DNA of 64,000 nt from an uncultured Gammaproteobacteria bacterium (GTDB lineage: Bacteria; Patescibacteriota; Patescibacteriia; JACQRZ01): assembly GCA_964621085.1 (NCBI GenBank), contig CAZUKY010000001.1, positions 167,226 through 231,225 on the forward strand, read 5' to 3'. This document shows, piece after piece, positions 45,233 through 55,552 of the stretch. The translations under genes were made by a program, and so were the position numbers. The notes beneath the pieces are model-generated. The model was not told the DNA's origin. It saw only the letters and a list, made by a program, of their open reading frames with translations, and searched no databases. Positions within the stretch are counted from its first letter, which is position 1. Every line of letters starts with the position of its first letter.

Positions 45233-47005
45233 TTACAAAGCCCAATCGTCGATCGGGGGGGCGGGTTTTTCCGGATTCTTGGTCGGTGCCGGAGGCTCGG
45301 GCGGCGTAACTGCCGGCGCTGATGGCGCGCGATCGGCAGTATCGCGTTCCCGACTCTCGGCCGGCTGCACTGACGGTTGGCGCCCACCGTCGCGGTGCGG
45401 CTCTTTGCCCTCCAGATTTTTCGTCGGCGAAGCGCTTGTCAGCGCGGATCGCACCGACGAAGATACGGGCGATGGCCGTTTTTTTCGCTTCCGTTTTCGC
45501 GGCGCATCTTCATCGCGTCGCGGCTCTGCAGCAAGATCGCGGAGAGAGAGCGTCTTTTCCGGTGCAGTTGCCCGAGGCGGCATCGGCACTGCACGATCAG
45601 GCGCAGCGTGCGAAAAACCCGAACGCGAGGGCGGCGGAATAACCCGCCCGACTGGAGCAAAGGGACGCTGCGGCATCGCCGCCGCCTCGGCTGCACGCCG
45701 CTCTTTTTCTTTCTGATCCATCGTCTCGGTCCAGCGCCGGATCTTATCATCGACGATCTCGCGGGCGATCGCGTATCGCTCGCGGCTGACCTTGATCACT
45801 TTGTCCAGATTGCCGGTCTTTTCCTCCTCTGACAACGGTGGCAATCCGATCGCGGAAAAAGGATCGGAGGAGACGCCATCGATCATGAGTTTGATGTAGT
45901 AATTGAACTTCGGAATATTCACAAGATCTTCTTCCGTGAATCGCGGCGTAAACTCCTTGACCAAGAAATCCGCATCCGATGCGCCAACACGAAACGCGAT
46001 CATAGTGCCGACGTTGCCAAAGACCGCCGCTGAAACTTTTTCATCCAGCTGCTCGATGTACTGATGGGCGACAATAAGGTTGAGTCGGTACTTTCGCGCT
46101 TCCGACAGGATGTTGGCGAAACTCTCGGTCGCGAAATTTTGAAACTCGTCGACGTATAGGTAGAAGTCGCGGCGTGCGGCCTCGGGCATCTCGACGCGTT
46201 CCATCGCCGAGAGCTGAATTTTGGTGACAAGCATGCCGCCGAGCAAGCGACTGTTGTCCTCGCCGATCCGGCCCTTCGACAAATTCATGATCAGGATCTT
46301 TTGATTATCCATGATCTCGCGGATGTGAATCGATGACTTGACCTGGCCGACGATATTCCGAATCAGGGACGCGGACAAGAACTGACCGACCTTGTTTTGC
46401 ACCGGCGCGATTGCCTCGCTCGCGTACTTGTCGTTCCAGCTCGCAAAGTCATTGACCCAGAACGCCTTTACGACCGGGTCCTGGATCTTTTCGATGACCT
46501 TTTGGCGGTAGAGTTTGTCTGAGAGCATGCGATTCACGCCCAGCATGGTGCTTCCCGGATAGTCCAGGAGCGCGAGCAAGGTGTTGTTGAGAATGTACTC
46601 CATACGCGCGCTCCACACGTCTGGCCAGATTTTTTTGAAGACGCCCATCAGGCCGGAAGAGACCAGATGCTTGTAGCGCTCCTCGACCGTCTCGAGAATA
46701 TTGAACGCGACCGGATACTCCATATCCGCGGGGTTGAGATAGACCACGTCATTGATGCGGTGCGGCGGGATGTACTCCAGAATTTTTTCCGCCAAATCGC
46801 CGTGCGGATCGACAACGCCGACACCCCGGCCGTTGCGGATATCGTCGATGATCATGTTCTCAAGCACGGTTGACTTTCCCATGCCGGTTTTACCGATCAG
46901 GTACACGTGGCGCCTGCGGTCGTCTGTTTTGATGCCGAAACGGCGACGCTGGTTGCGGAACGTCGTCTCGCCGATGGCGGTAATTTCATTCTGATACAAA
47001 GACAT
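45233..47005 (-). CDS. VirD4/TraG/TraD-like type-IV-coupling-protein-family P-loop ATPase. Cytoplasmic form with no TM segment and a Pro/Arg-rich disordered C-terminal tail.
   Basis: Walker A YLIGKTGMGKST at residue ~37, Walker B LYVDEFQNF, and ARKYRLNLIVAHQYIEQL, characteristic of the T4CP family. Confidence 0.65.
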   Translation of the reverse strand: MSLYQNEITAIGETTFRNQRRRFGIKTDDRRRHVYLIGKTGMGKSTVLENMIIDDIRNGRGVGVVDPHGDLAEKILEYIPPHRINDVVYLNPADMEYPVAFNILETVEERYKHLVSSGLMGVFKKIWPDVWSARMEYILNNTLLALLDYPGSTMLGVNRMLSDKLYRQKVIEKIQDPVVKAFWVNDFASWNDKYASEAIAPVQNKVGQFLSASLIRNIVGQVKSSIHIREIMDNQKILIMNLSKGRIGEDNSRLLGGMLVTKIQLSAMERVEMPEAARRDFYLYVDEFQNFATESFANILSEARKYRLNLIVAHQYIEQLDEKVSAAVFGNVGTMIAFRVGASDADFLVKEFTPRFTEEDLVNIPKFNYYIKLMIDGVSSDPFSAIGLPPLSEEEKTGNLDKVIKVSRERYAIAREIVDDKIRRWTETMDQKEKERRAAEAAAMPQRPFAPVGRVIPPPSRSGFSHAAPDRAVPMPPRATAPEKTLSLRDLAAEPRRDEDAPRKRKRKKRPSPVSSSVRSALTSASPTKNLEGKEPHRDGGRQPSVQPAESRERDTADRAPSAPAVTPPEPPAPTKNPEKPAPPIDDWAL

Positions 47006-47020
47006 TGCGGTTGTGTTCAG

Positions 47021-48448
47021 TTATACGAACGGGATATTTGAAGGCGGTTCTTGCTTGTCCGCATCTTCACCTTCGGCTGGCGGCGGGATATCGACAACAA
47101 CTTTCTCCGCCGCGCGATAGACCGGCTCTTCGGAGAGCGGCAGCCGCGATGGGGGTTCGGCGCGCTTCACCTCGGCCTTACTGATCAAGGGAGCCTTGAT
47201 GTCGATCATCGGAAAGTGCCAGATACTTGCGACTTCTTCAATATTCAGGATATACGTGGGTCCGCCGCCAGAGGAGCGGCCGCGATAATTCTCCCACACC
47301 TTGCGCTGGCGCACTGCAACGCGCTGCGCGACGCGAAAGTAGTTCGCCTTTGTCGCGGTGTACTTATCGACGCCGAACGCATTCATGTCCTGCGTATTGA
47401 ACTGCTTGAACGAACCCATAACGCCACCGACCATGCGCTGGCGGTTCATCAGCTCTTTGGGCGCGATACAGATGACGCGCACCTTCGCGGCAAAACCAGG
47501 CTTTGAGGCCTTGATCCCGATTTGCTCCACGACCGAGCGTTCGGCCGGAGACAGGTGCTGGATTATCGACGGGGGTGCTGCCGGATCTTTTTTCGGTTCG
47601 GCGGGTTTTGCAAATGAGATGCCCAGAATCTTTTCCAACGGCCACGTTACCAGGCCGAGAACAGCGTCTGTTATTTTTTGCACACGCGACTTTGGTTTTG
47701 GCTTCTCGGGGGCGCCGATCAGTTTTTTGATCTCATTCATGCTGCGCTCCTTCCAGTCGCCGCCTGTCGGCACGAGCGGAATCTGGATAAAGATGGACTC
47801 GCCCGGCCGCAGCGTTCCCAAAAACTCAAGGAGCGACGCAAGCGGATCCTTGAACGCCTGGGAAATCTGGTCGTAAAACGCCGGATAAGTCCGGATCGGA
47901 TAGACGTCGTCCTTGGAAAGGGACAGTTCCGCGCCCCACATGTCGTACGTCTCGTCCGGCCAATCCTGCGGATACTCGTTCGTATAATCAGACGCCTCGA
48001 CGATTTCGGCATCCGGATACTGCGCGAACACCGCCGCTTCCAGAATGTCGCGGTACTTGACCGGAATGCGCACGTAGTACTGGATAAACCCTCCGCGGCT
48101 GATGATCTCGACAGCAAAGTTTTCCTGAAACTTGCCCTTCCAGTACTTGTCGATCAGGTTGCCGTATCCGCTGTAGAGCCCTTCAAGGTGCGCGAAGATA
48201 TTCTCGACCGCTTTTGGCGTCTGCTCGGTCTGCTTTGGCACGTTGATGGCCAAGAGCACATACTGAATGCTTGCGGCATAGTTGCCCTGGATCTCATTCA
48301 TCCACATCTCCCACAGTCCCCGAATGACAAACACGGCGATCAGGATCCAGCCGCCATTGATGAGAATGAACCAAAATGTTTTGAGCGGGTTTGAAAAATC
48401 AAGAGACGCGAAAAAATACAGGATATCCATACCTTCGTATATTAGCAT
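47021..48448 (-). CDS. Membrane-anchored hypothetical protein (N-terminal TM helix plus ~430-aa domain). First gene of the putative three-gene translocation module.
   Basis: TM helix FWFILINGGWILIAVFVIRGLW. No family recognised. Confidence 0.5.
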   Translation of the reverse strand: MLIYEGMDILYFFASLDFSNPLKTFWFILINGGWILIAVFVIRGLWEMWMNEIQGNYAASIQYVLLAINVPKQTEQTPKAVENIFAHLEGLYSGYGNLIDKYWKGKFQENFAVEIISRGGFIQYYVRIPVKYRDILEAAVFAQYPDAEIVEASDYTNEYPQDWPDETYDMWGAELSLSKDDVYPIRTYPAFYDQISQAFKDPLASLLEFLGTLRPGESIFIQIPLVPTGGDWKERSMNEIKKLIGAPEKPKPKSRVQKITDAVLGLVTWPLEKILGISFAKPAEPKKDPAAPPSIIQHLSPAERSVVEQIGIKASKPGFAAKVRVICIAPKELMNRQRMVGGVMGSFKQFNTQDMNAFGVDKYTATKANYFRVAQRVAVRQRKVWENYRGRSSGGGPTYILNIEEVASIWHFPMIDIKAPLISKAEVKRAEPPSRLPLSEEPVYRAAEKVVVDIPPPAEGEDADKQEPPSNIPFV

Positions 48449-48527
48449 ATTTTTCGCTTATTTTCAATACAAGAAAGCCCTCGATTCCGAGGGCTTCCAT
48501 ATGATTTTCCGCAACGCTCCGCGTGTA

Positions 48528-49424
48528 TTACGCGCCTTTTTTGCCGAAACGCTCATGCCATGCCATCAGAATCGGCGAGGCAAAGAAAATAGACGAGTAG
48601 GTTCCGATGCCGATACCCAGGATCAAGGCGAGCGAGAACGTTTTCAGCGACTCGCCGCCCAGCACATAAATCGCAGCGAGTACAAGCAGGACGGTAACAG
48701 ACGTATTGATCGAGCGGACAATGGTCTCGTTCAACGACTTATTCATGATCTCCTCAAACGTTCCACGATATTTCAGCAAGTTCTCGCGCACGCGGTCGAA
48801 GACCACGATGGTGTCATGGACCGAAAATCCGAGAACGGTAAGAAATGCAGGGATAAAAGCGCTGGTGATCTCAACGCCTGCAAAGTGGCCCAGGGCGGCA
48901 AATACGCCAAGAACAAAAATCAGATCGTGAAGAAGCGCAACAATCGCCGCCGCGCCGTATTTCCACGAGGATACCGGATAGGACACCTTGCGGAATGTGA
49001 TCGAGATGTACAGGAGGATCATGCACAGTGCAAAGATCAGTCCCCAAAACGACTTCGTTTTCAGCTCCTCCCCAATCACCGGTCCGATCGACTCGAACGA
49101 CTCCTCGGTAAGCGCCGGGTCATCGGCGCGCAGCGACTGAAGGATCTTCTGGTGTGTCTCCTCGGAAAGCGTCTTTGCGCGAATCAAAACGCCTTTCTCC
49201 CCTGCAAACGAGATCTCGTATTCTGCCAACCCCGCCTCGACGAGACGCGCGCCGATCGCGCCGGTATCCGGACGCGTTTGCGCATACTCGACTGACAACT
49301 GGCTGCCGCCGGTGAAGTCGATGCCCAGCCGAAGCCCCCACAGGGACAAGCTCACGATACCGGCAGCCATCAGTGCAACCGAGATGGTCAGCCAGATATT
49401 TCTTTTTTGAATGATATTGGTCAT
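48528..49424 (-). CDS. secF: Protein translocase subunit SecF (ORF opens at 49532; MTNIIQKRNIW start preferred)
   Basis: SecD/SecF family TM core with conserved GIDFTGG periplasmic loop. Confidence 0.85.
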   Translation of the reverse strand: MTNIIQKRNIWLTISVALMAAGIVSLSLWGLRLGIDFTGGSQLSVEYAQTRPDTGAIGARLVEAGLAEYEISFAGEKGVLIRAKTLSEETHQKILQSLRADDPALTEESFESIGPVIGEELKTKSFWGLIFALCMILLYISITFRKVSYPVSSWKYGAAAIVALLHDLIFVLGVFAALGHFAGVEITSAFIPAFLTVLGFSVHDTIVVFDRVRENLLKYRGTFEEIMNKSLNETIVRSINTSVTVLLVLAAIYVLGGESLKTFSLALILGIGIGTYSSIFFASPILMAWHERFGKKGA

Positions 49425-49444
49425 ATGTATCTTTTCCTGAACAA

Positions 49445-51574
49445 CTATGAGGCGCGGGGCTGAGCCGGCTCTGCATTCTCTCCCGCGGATTTTGCCGGCG
49501 CCATCCACAGCGCGCGGGGGATCTTTTTCCATCCCGCGAAGAACTTCAGGAATATGCGCGTCAGCGAAATTGCGGAGAACATGCTGACCAGAATGCCGAT
49601 GGCAAGCGTCAGGGCGAATCCCTTGATCAGGCTAGCCGAAAACCAGAAGAGAATGGCGCACGTGATCAGCGACGCGACATTACTGTCCCGAATCGAGGTC
49701 CAGGCGCGCCGGAAGCCGTCCCTCAGGCTCGCATCAAGGCCCTTGCCGCTGCGAAGCTCTTCTTTCATGCGCTCGAAGATAAGAACGTTAGCATCCACCG
49801 CCATACCGATCGAAAGAATGAATCCCGCAATGCCCGCAAGCGTCAGTGTCACCGGCCAGATCTTGAAAATCGAGAGCACGATCGCGGTATAGATAAGCAG
49901 TGCGCATACCGCCAGGAGGCCCGGCAGCCGGTAAAAGAAAATCATGAAAATCACCACGAGCAAAAAGCCGAACAAGCCGGCGTACAGGCTCTTTTCCAGC
50001 GACTCGGCGCCGAGCGTCGGGCCGATCGTCTGCTGGCTGACCAGCGTGATGGGTACGGGAAGAGCGCCGGTATTGAGGCGCTGCGCAAGAAGCTTTGCTT
50101 CCTGAAGCGTGAAGTCCCCTTGAATGACTGCCCGGCCGTCGGTAATCGCCTGGTTCACTCGCGGCACGCTGATCGGCTGACCATCCAAAAGCACGGCAAC
50201 CGGTTTTTCGATATTGCGCTTGGTGATCTCGGCAAAGAGCTTTTTCCCTTCGTCATTGAACTCGAGGCCGACTTCCGGCAGGCGGGTCAGCTGGTTTGAC
50301 TCGACATACGCGCGTTTCAGCTGTTTGCCGGTAAGCCCCGTATCCTTCCACATGCCACCATCGGCGGGAAGATAGTCGCTCTCCGATTGCGCGCGGACCA
50401 AAATGCGGGCGATCGAGTACTCGTTCAACGGGCGCGCATCGGTACGATGAATCACATGGTACCCGAACTCAGTCTCGACCGGTGCGGAAATGTCTCCATT
50501 TTTCAAGGCGTATGCGGCCTCCTCAAATGGCGGCACGAGCATGCCTTTCGAGATCCAGCCCAGACTCCCCCCGGATCCCTTGCTTCCGGAATCCGTTGAG
50601 TACTCCTTCGCAAGTTCCCCAAAATTCTGCGGTGTCGCTTTCTGGCGCACTTCTTCGATTTTCTTTCGCGCGTCTTCTTTGGAAAGCTCCGATTCGCAGC
50701 GCGAAGCGCCCTGATAACAGATCAGGATGTGGCTGAGCGCAAGCTCTTCGCCGCTCGTGCGCGTATCCAGGAGTTTCACGACGTTGTACCCCTCGGTGTT
50801 TTTTACCGGAGACGGCGCGATCTCTCCTTTTTTCAAGCTCTTGGCACTCTCCAAAAGTTCGGAGAGCGGCACGTCCGCTGTTTGGGATGAGATCCAGCCG
50901 AGCTCGCCGCCCTTTTGGCTCGTTGCCAAGTCTTCGGAGCGATTTTTCGCAAGATCGACAAAATTGGCGCCGCTCGCACGAGCGTCTTTCAGGATCGCCT
51001 CCGCTTTTGCGCGCGCCGCGGCATTGTTTTTTTCAAGTTCTTTTTTCTGCTCGGGCGTCAACTCGGTGATCCGCTCTTCGGGCGGCATCTCTTCTTTAAA
51101 TTCAAGCAGCGGCGTCTCGCCGATCATACGGATAGCACTCGCCGTGTCCTGGACCCCGGCAAGCTCGACTGCGACGCGATACGAATCGCCCGTTTTCACG
51201 GTGCGGACAATAGGTTCTGCAACGCCAAAGGCGTTCACGCGGCGCTCGATAACGTCGCGCACCCCTTCGACAGCGGCCGTCTGCTCGCTCGGTGCGACTT
51301 TCGACAGATCCGTATCATACACCAGATGCGTCCCGCCTCTCAGATCAAGGCCGAGACGGAACGAGTCGGGAATGGCGGTAAAAGAAATCTGAGGAACCAC
51401 ATCTGCCGGCAGGCCCCATGACTGAAGAGTGGCATTGATCGGCTCGCGATAATGATTGAGCGCGTCAGTGCCTGAATAAAAGGCGGTGAAGGCAAAAAGA
51501 ACGGCGATGCCCAGCATCGTCCAGCGCAACTTGCCGCGCGGCGAGGGGGCGAAAATCTTTCTTAATATATTCAT
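49445..51574 (-). CDS. secD: Protein translocase subunit SecD carrying two tandem parvulin-type (PpiC/PrsA-like) peptidyl-prolyl isomerase domains inserted in the periplasmic head
   Basis: SecD TM1 and head motif LGLDLRGG. Next comes an insert with GGELGWISSQ...EGYNVVKLLD and SHILICYQGA...GGSLGWISKGMLVPPFEEAAYALKNGDISAPVETEFGYHVIHRTD (parvulin signatures). SecD resumes at VAVLLDGQPISVP plus the 6-TM core. Confidence 0.85.
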   Translation of the reverse strand: MNILRKIFAPSPRGKLRWTMLGIAVLFAFTAFYSGTDALNHYREPINATLQSWGLPADVVPQISFTAIPDSFRLGLDLRGGTHLVYDTDLSKVAPSEQTAAVEGVRDVIERRVNAFGVAEPIVRTVKTGDSYRVAVELAGVQDTASAIRMIGETPLLEFKEEMPPEERITELTPEQKKELEKNNAAARAKAEAILKDARASGANFVDLAKNRSEDLATSQKGGELGWISSQTADVPLSELLESAKSLKKGEIAPSPVKNTEGYNVVKLLDTRTSGEELALSHILICYQGASRCESELSKEDARKKIEEVRQKATPQNFGELAKEYSTDSGSKGSGGSLGWISKGMLVPPFEEAAYALKNGDISAPVETEFGYHVIHRTDARPLNEYSIARILVRAQSESDYLPADGGMWKDTGLTGKQLKRAYVESNQLTRLPEVGLEFNDEGKKLFAEITKRNIEKPVAVLLDGQPISVPRVNQAITDGRAVIQGDFTLQEAKLLAQRLNTGALPVPITLVSQQTIGPTLGAESLEKSLYAGLFGFLLVVIFMIFFYRLPGLLAVCALLIYTAIVLSIFKIWPVTLTLAGIAGFILSIGMAVDANVLIFERMKEELRSGKGLDASLRDGFRRAWTSIRDSNVASLITCAILFWFSASLIKGFALTLAIGILVSMFSAISLTRIFLKFFAGWKKIPRALWMAPAKSAGENAEPAQPRAS

Positions 51575-51699
51575 ACAACGTGGAACGCGAAGAGGAAAAT
51601 TGCAATAAAAACGGGCTCCAAACAAACTAGAAATTGAGTATATCCAAAAACAAAAAAAAGGCAATGCCTTTTTCTTGTAATAAGGAGGGTTTAAGGCTG

Positions 51700-52833
51700 T
51701 TACGCCGCCTGCAGTCGTCCGTAGAGGGCGAGCGTCTGGGGAAACACCCTATCCGCGTCGTAATGCTTTTTGATGTGTTCGGCGCTTGCACTCGCGAGCT
51801 CTCTGTGTGGCAGACTCAGTGCCGCCTCCATGGCAGCGCTCAGACCGTCTACATCCCCCGATGGGAACGTGATACTGTCGTGCGGCAATGCCTCGATATT
51901 TTCACTGATATCAGATGCGATGACGGGCGTGCCGTAGCTCATCGCCTCGAGTAGCGTATAGGAAAGCCCTTCGCTTTCGGATGCGTGGACGAACAGCCGC
52001 GCATTGCTGTACAGCGCGGCAAGCGCTTCTCCGCTCTGTTCGCCGAGAAAAAGAATGCGATCATTGCCTGCCGCACGCTGCTTCAAGTCCGCGACATACC
52101 CGTCGGTATAGCTCTGTGCGCCGACAATCGCCAGTTTCGGCAGTGAGCCGCTTCTTGCGCATGCGCGATTGTACGCATCGATAATGGTATGGATGCCCTT
52201 GTGCGGCACGAGACGGGAGACCGAAAGAATATAGGAGTCCTTCTCAAGGCCAAAATGCTGAATTGCCTGCGCGGGGCGAGGCGACGGCAGAGCAACGGCG
52301 TTTGGAATATAGGTCGCGACTCGGCCGTAGCGTTCGCGCACGTACGCGGCAAGGGTGCGGGAGACGACGATCGTCTCGTGCGTGGTCGTGCAGGCAAAAA
52401 TCTCGCCGAGGCGAAAAACAAGGCGTGCAAGAGCTCCCCACTTTTTATGGAAATAGTCCTGGCAGTGAAAGGTCGCAAGCACCTTCGCGCGCGGCGCGAA
52501 GATCCGCGGGATCCATGCCCAGATCGACGGCCCGATGCCGTGAAAATGAAAAATGTCCGGACGGATGACGACGAGCGCATGCAGCGTCGCGGCAAGCGTG
52601 TGGATCGGCGTCTCGAGGTGCTTACTGCGCAGCGTCGGCAGCATGACGCACTGCACGCCCTCGAAGCGTTCGGTAGCGCGCGGCGCGACATAGAACTTCC
52701 GGCAATAGGCAAAAACCTCGTGCCCGGCCGAAGCCAGGCGCGTTGCCAGATCTTCCACGTGCCGCTCCACTCCTCCGGAGCGCGCCGGGATCCCCTTTTG
52801 CCCGATCATCGCTATACGCATAAAGCTCGTCAT
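51700..52833 (-). CDS. Family 4 (GT-B) glycosyltransferase
   Basis: ESEGLSYTLLEAMSYGTPVIASD signature. Confidence 0.8.
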   Translation of the reverse strand: MTSFMRIAMIGQKGIPARSGGVERHVEDLATRLASAGHEVFAYCRKFYVAPRATERFEGVQCVMLPTLRSKHLETPIHTLAATLHALVVIRPDIFHFHGIGPSIWAWIPRIFAPRAKVLATFHCQDYFHKKWGALARLVFRLGEIFACTTTHETIVVSRTLAAYVRERYGRVATYIPNAVALPSPRPAQAIQHFGLEKDSYILSVSRLVPHKGIHTIIDAYNRACARSGSLPKLAIVGAQSYTDGYVADLKQRAAGNDRILFLGEQSGEALAALYSNARLFVHASESEGLSYTLLEAMSYGTPVIASDISENIEALPHDSITFPSGDVDGLSAAMEAALSLPHRELASASAEHIKKHYDADRVFPQTLALYGRLQAA

Positions 52834-52868
52834 TGAAGACCTTTAGTATAGCGGATGAGCTGAATTTG

Positions 52869-54125
52869 TCAATGGTTTGGGGTAGCGCTGGAAAGAACCT
52901 TTTCGTATATATTCATGAGCTTTTCGTAAAAATTTTCCGGCGCGTAGACAGACTGGACGTGTGCGCGAGCGGCCATTCCGTGAAGACGAAGCGCCTCAGG
53001 GTCACTCAACGCCTCATTCAGTGTGCGAGAAAGGTCGTGCGCATCGCCGGCCCGGAAGAAAAAGGCGACCTTCGACGGGAATAACTCGGGCAGCGCGCCA
53101 ATGTCTGCAAGAAGCACCGCCTTCCCGCACGCGGCAGCCTCGAGGGCCGTGTAGCCGAATACCTCGTACCACTCGGACGGGACCACGATCAGCGCTGCGT
53201 TTCGCATGAGGGAGAGGATCTCTTCGTGCGACTTGAAACCAAGGAACGAGACGCGATCGACAACGCCGCACTCGGCGGCCTGCCGCTTCAGCCGCTCCTC
53301 TTCCGGACCCGAGCCGGCGATCAGAAGCGGTGCGGACACGTCCTTCATCGCCGCAATCAGAGTGGACACGCCCTTCTCTTCCGATAGTCTGCCGGCGTAC
53401 AGCACATACTCGCCCGACTCGAACGAGGGCTCGATTGCCGAAGCATCGATCGAGTGCGGAATCACCCTTATGCGTTCCGCGGGCATCCCGAATTCCGTCA
53501 GTTTGTTTTTTACGAATTCGGATGGCGCGATCCAGTGCGAGATGACGTTCCGATAGATTCCCGACCAGCGGTGCAGATACATCTCGATGCAGTCAACCAG
53601 CCCCTTAAGTACCGATCCCTGAATCGAGCGATTGAACGCATCTCGGTAAAACTTCCCCCCCTTGCAGGACTCATCGATGCGTCCGTGAGTAAAAAGTTTG
53701 TAATTGGGACAGATCAACTTGTAATCGTGCACGGTGTGCACGACAGGGATATTCCGTTTTCGCGCCGCGTGCAAAATCGAGGGCGAGATCTGATGATAGA
53801 TGTTATGAATGTGCACAATGTCGGGTTGAGCGTCTCTAAGCAGCACTCCGAACTTCCGTTTTGCCTCAAAGGAATAGAGCATGGTAAAAAAGCCCTTGAG
53901 CGCTGACAGCGGTTTTCCAGCCACTGCACGGAATGTTCCCGCATACCGGAACTGCGTCGGCGAGACGAAATATTTTGCGTACGGTGTCTCGTCAGTCTGC
54001 GGCCACGCAACGGAAAACGGGATGACCTCATGTCCGTGCGCTTCCAGAATCCTTTTCATGTCAAAAAAAGACGTCGTGGATCCGTCGCGCTGGTAGTAGT
54101 ACTTGTTGACGAGAATGATTTTCAT
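52869..54125 (-). CDS. Family 4 (GT-B) glycosyltransferase
   Basis: E..G.T.LEAAACGKAVL signature (EVFGYTALEAAACGKAVLLADIGALPE). Confidence 0.8.
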   Translation of the reverse strand: MKIILVNKYYYQRDGSTTSFFDMKRILEAHGHEVIPFSVAWPQTDETPYAKYFVSPTQFRYAGTFRAVAGKPLSALKGFFTMLYSFEAKRKFGVLLRDAQPDIVHIHNIYHQISPSILHAARKRNIPVVHTVHDYKLICPNYKLFTHGRIDESCKGGKFYRDAFNRSIQGSVLKGLVDCIEMYLHRWSGIYRNVISHWIAPSEFVKNKLTEFGMPAERIRVIPHSIDASAIEPSFESGEYVLYAGRLSEEKGVSTLIAAMKDVSAPLLIAGSGPEEERLKRQAAECGVVDRVSFLGFKSHEEILSLMRNAALIVVPSEWYEVFGYTALEAAACGKAVLLADIGALPELFPSKVAFFFRAGDAHDLSRTLNEALSDPEALRLHGMAARAHVQSVYAPENFYEKLMNIYEKVLSSATPNH

Positions 54126-55504
54126 GCGATATGCGCCTTCAACCGCTCGTGTTCGACAAGGATTAATCCGCCGATGAGCCAGAAGTAAAACGCGAGCGTT
54201 CTCACTTCAAGGTATGTCGCCAAAAACGCCTGAAAAGATATAGCCGCAATGACTCCCAAATACCCGAGAGCGAATGCGCGATAAAACTCGTCCGACGAAT
54301 GACGGAAGACAAAGAGTGCGGCGCAGCCGAGATATACGATGAGCGCGATATACAGTGCGAGTCCCAGCGTGCCGATCTCGCCCCAGAGCGAGAACCAGTT
54401 GTTGTCGATGTGGCCCTGGTATCCATGAATGCCGAACGGAAGACCGTGCGCTTCATATTGCACGACATAGTGCAGGGCAGCAGCAGCGCCCGCGCCGTAG
54501 CTTCCGGGACCGACTCCCAAAATAGGTGATGCTGCAACGACTGACAGCGGTGTATGAACGATAAAGTACGCGCGTCCCATGGCGGTATACTCGCCCTTCC
54601 ACCGCTCCAGCGAAAATGCCTCAAAGAACCGGTGAACAATCGTTTGATTCGGAATGTCGATCAGGAAGGCGCTTGTTGCGACGGAGAAAAAGATATACGC
54701 CCCAGCAAGTCCGGCAACGCTCATGCTGCCCCAGAGAATCCGCTTGTCGCGCATAAACACATACCCGATGACAAACGCAGACAACAGCAGTCCAAACCAC
54801 GATGCGCGCGAGTAGGTCAAAAGAAACGCCGGCAGTGCAGCAGCAAACAGAAGCAACAAATACACGTGATCATGGCGATGTCGCCACTGGTACAAGAAGC
54901 CGATGATCAATGTAAGGACAAGTGCGGCAAAGGTCCCCAGCTGGTCATAGCGCCCCATCGTGCCAAAGACCCGCTGCCCCGACTCCCAAAACTGTTCCGT
55001 GCCGCCCGTCAGCTGAATGTCTCCGAATATCTTTCGGTCCGACGGAATCAACAGCTGATCCAACGGCGCGCCGATTCCCGCCTGAAGAATCCCCAGAGCG
55101 CCCTGAAACAGCAAGACACCAAAAAGAATTCCCAAAAGGGCGCGGGAAAAGCGTTCGTGAAGCTGCAACGCAACAGCGATAAACGCGACGAGTATGAAAC
55201 GCACGATCTGTCGAATGCCCAAGACAGCTACCTCGGCAGGCGTCTGATTGAAAAGTGCGGAAGCGACTGCAACGCCGAGAAGCGCGAGAAAGAGCAGTCC
55301 GAACACGCGAGGAATTCTTTTCCAATGGAAAAGCGCATACGCCGCCAGAGAATAAAGGATGACCTCGGGCGCATACCGAACAAAGACGTACAGCGAGTCC
55401 GGGACGAATTTCAAGAAAAACGGCTCAAACGGGAAGTATGCCGCAAGTCCAAGAAGAAGGAAGTGTGGCACAAGCGAGAGTCGATTGGAAAAATTTTGAA
55501 ACAT
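54122..55504 (-). CDS. O-antigen ligase / Wzy-like polymerase family membrane protein
   Basis: 460 aa, ~12 TM helices with a Wzy_C-type periplasmic loop. 4-nt overlap with the upstream GT4 gene. Confidence 0.7.
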   Translation of the reverse strand: MFQNFSNRLSLVPHFLLLGLAAYFPFEPFFLKFVPDSLYVFVRYAPEVILYSLAAYALFHWKRIPRVFGLLFLALLGVAVASALFNQTPAEVAVLGIRQIVRFILVAFIAVALQLHERFSRALLGILFGVLLFQGALGILQAGIGAPLDQLLIPSDRKIFGDIQLTGGTEQFWESGQRVFGTMGRYDQLGTFAALVLTLIIGFLYQWRHRHDHVYLLLLFAAALPAFLLTYSRASWFGLLLSAFVIGYVFMRDKRILWGSMSVAGLAGAYIFFSVATSAFLIDIPNQTIVHRFFEAFSLERWKGEYTAMGRAYFIVHTPLSVVAASPILGVGPGSYGAGAAAALHYVVQYEAHGLPFGIHGYQGHIDNNWFSLWGEIGTLGLALYIALIVYLGCAALFVFRHSSDEFYRAFALGYLGVIAAISFQAFLATYLEVRTLAFYFWLIGGLILVEHERLKAHIA

Positions 55505-55552
55505 ACCTCAACACAGGAAGCTAAGAAGCTACTAACAGTCTGCCTCATCTTT

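Noticed and set aside
48282-49295. 337-aa plus-strand ORF
   Set aside because: It is antisense to secF.
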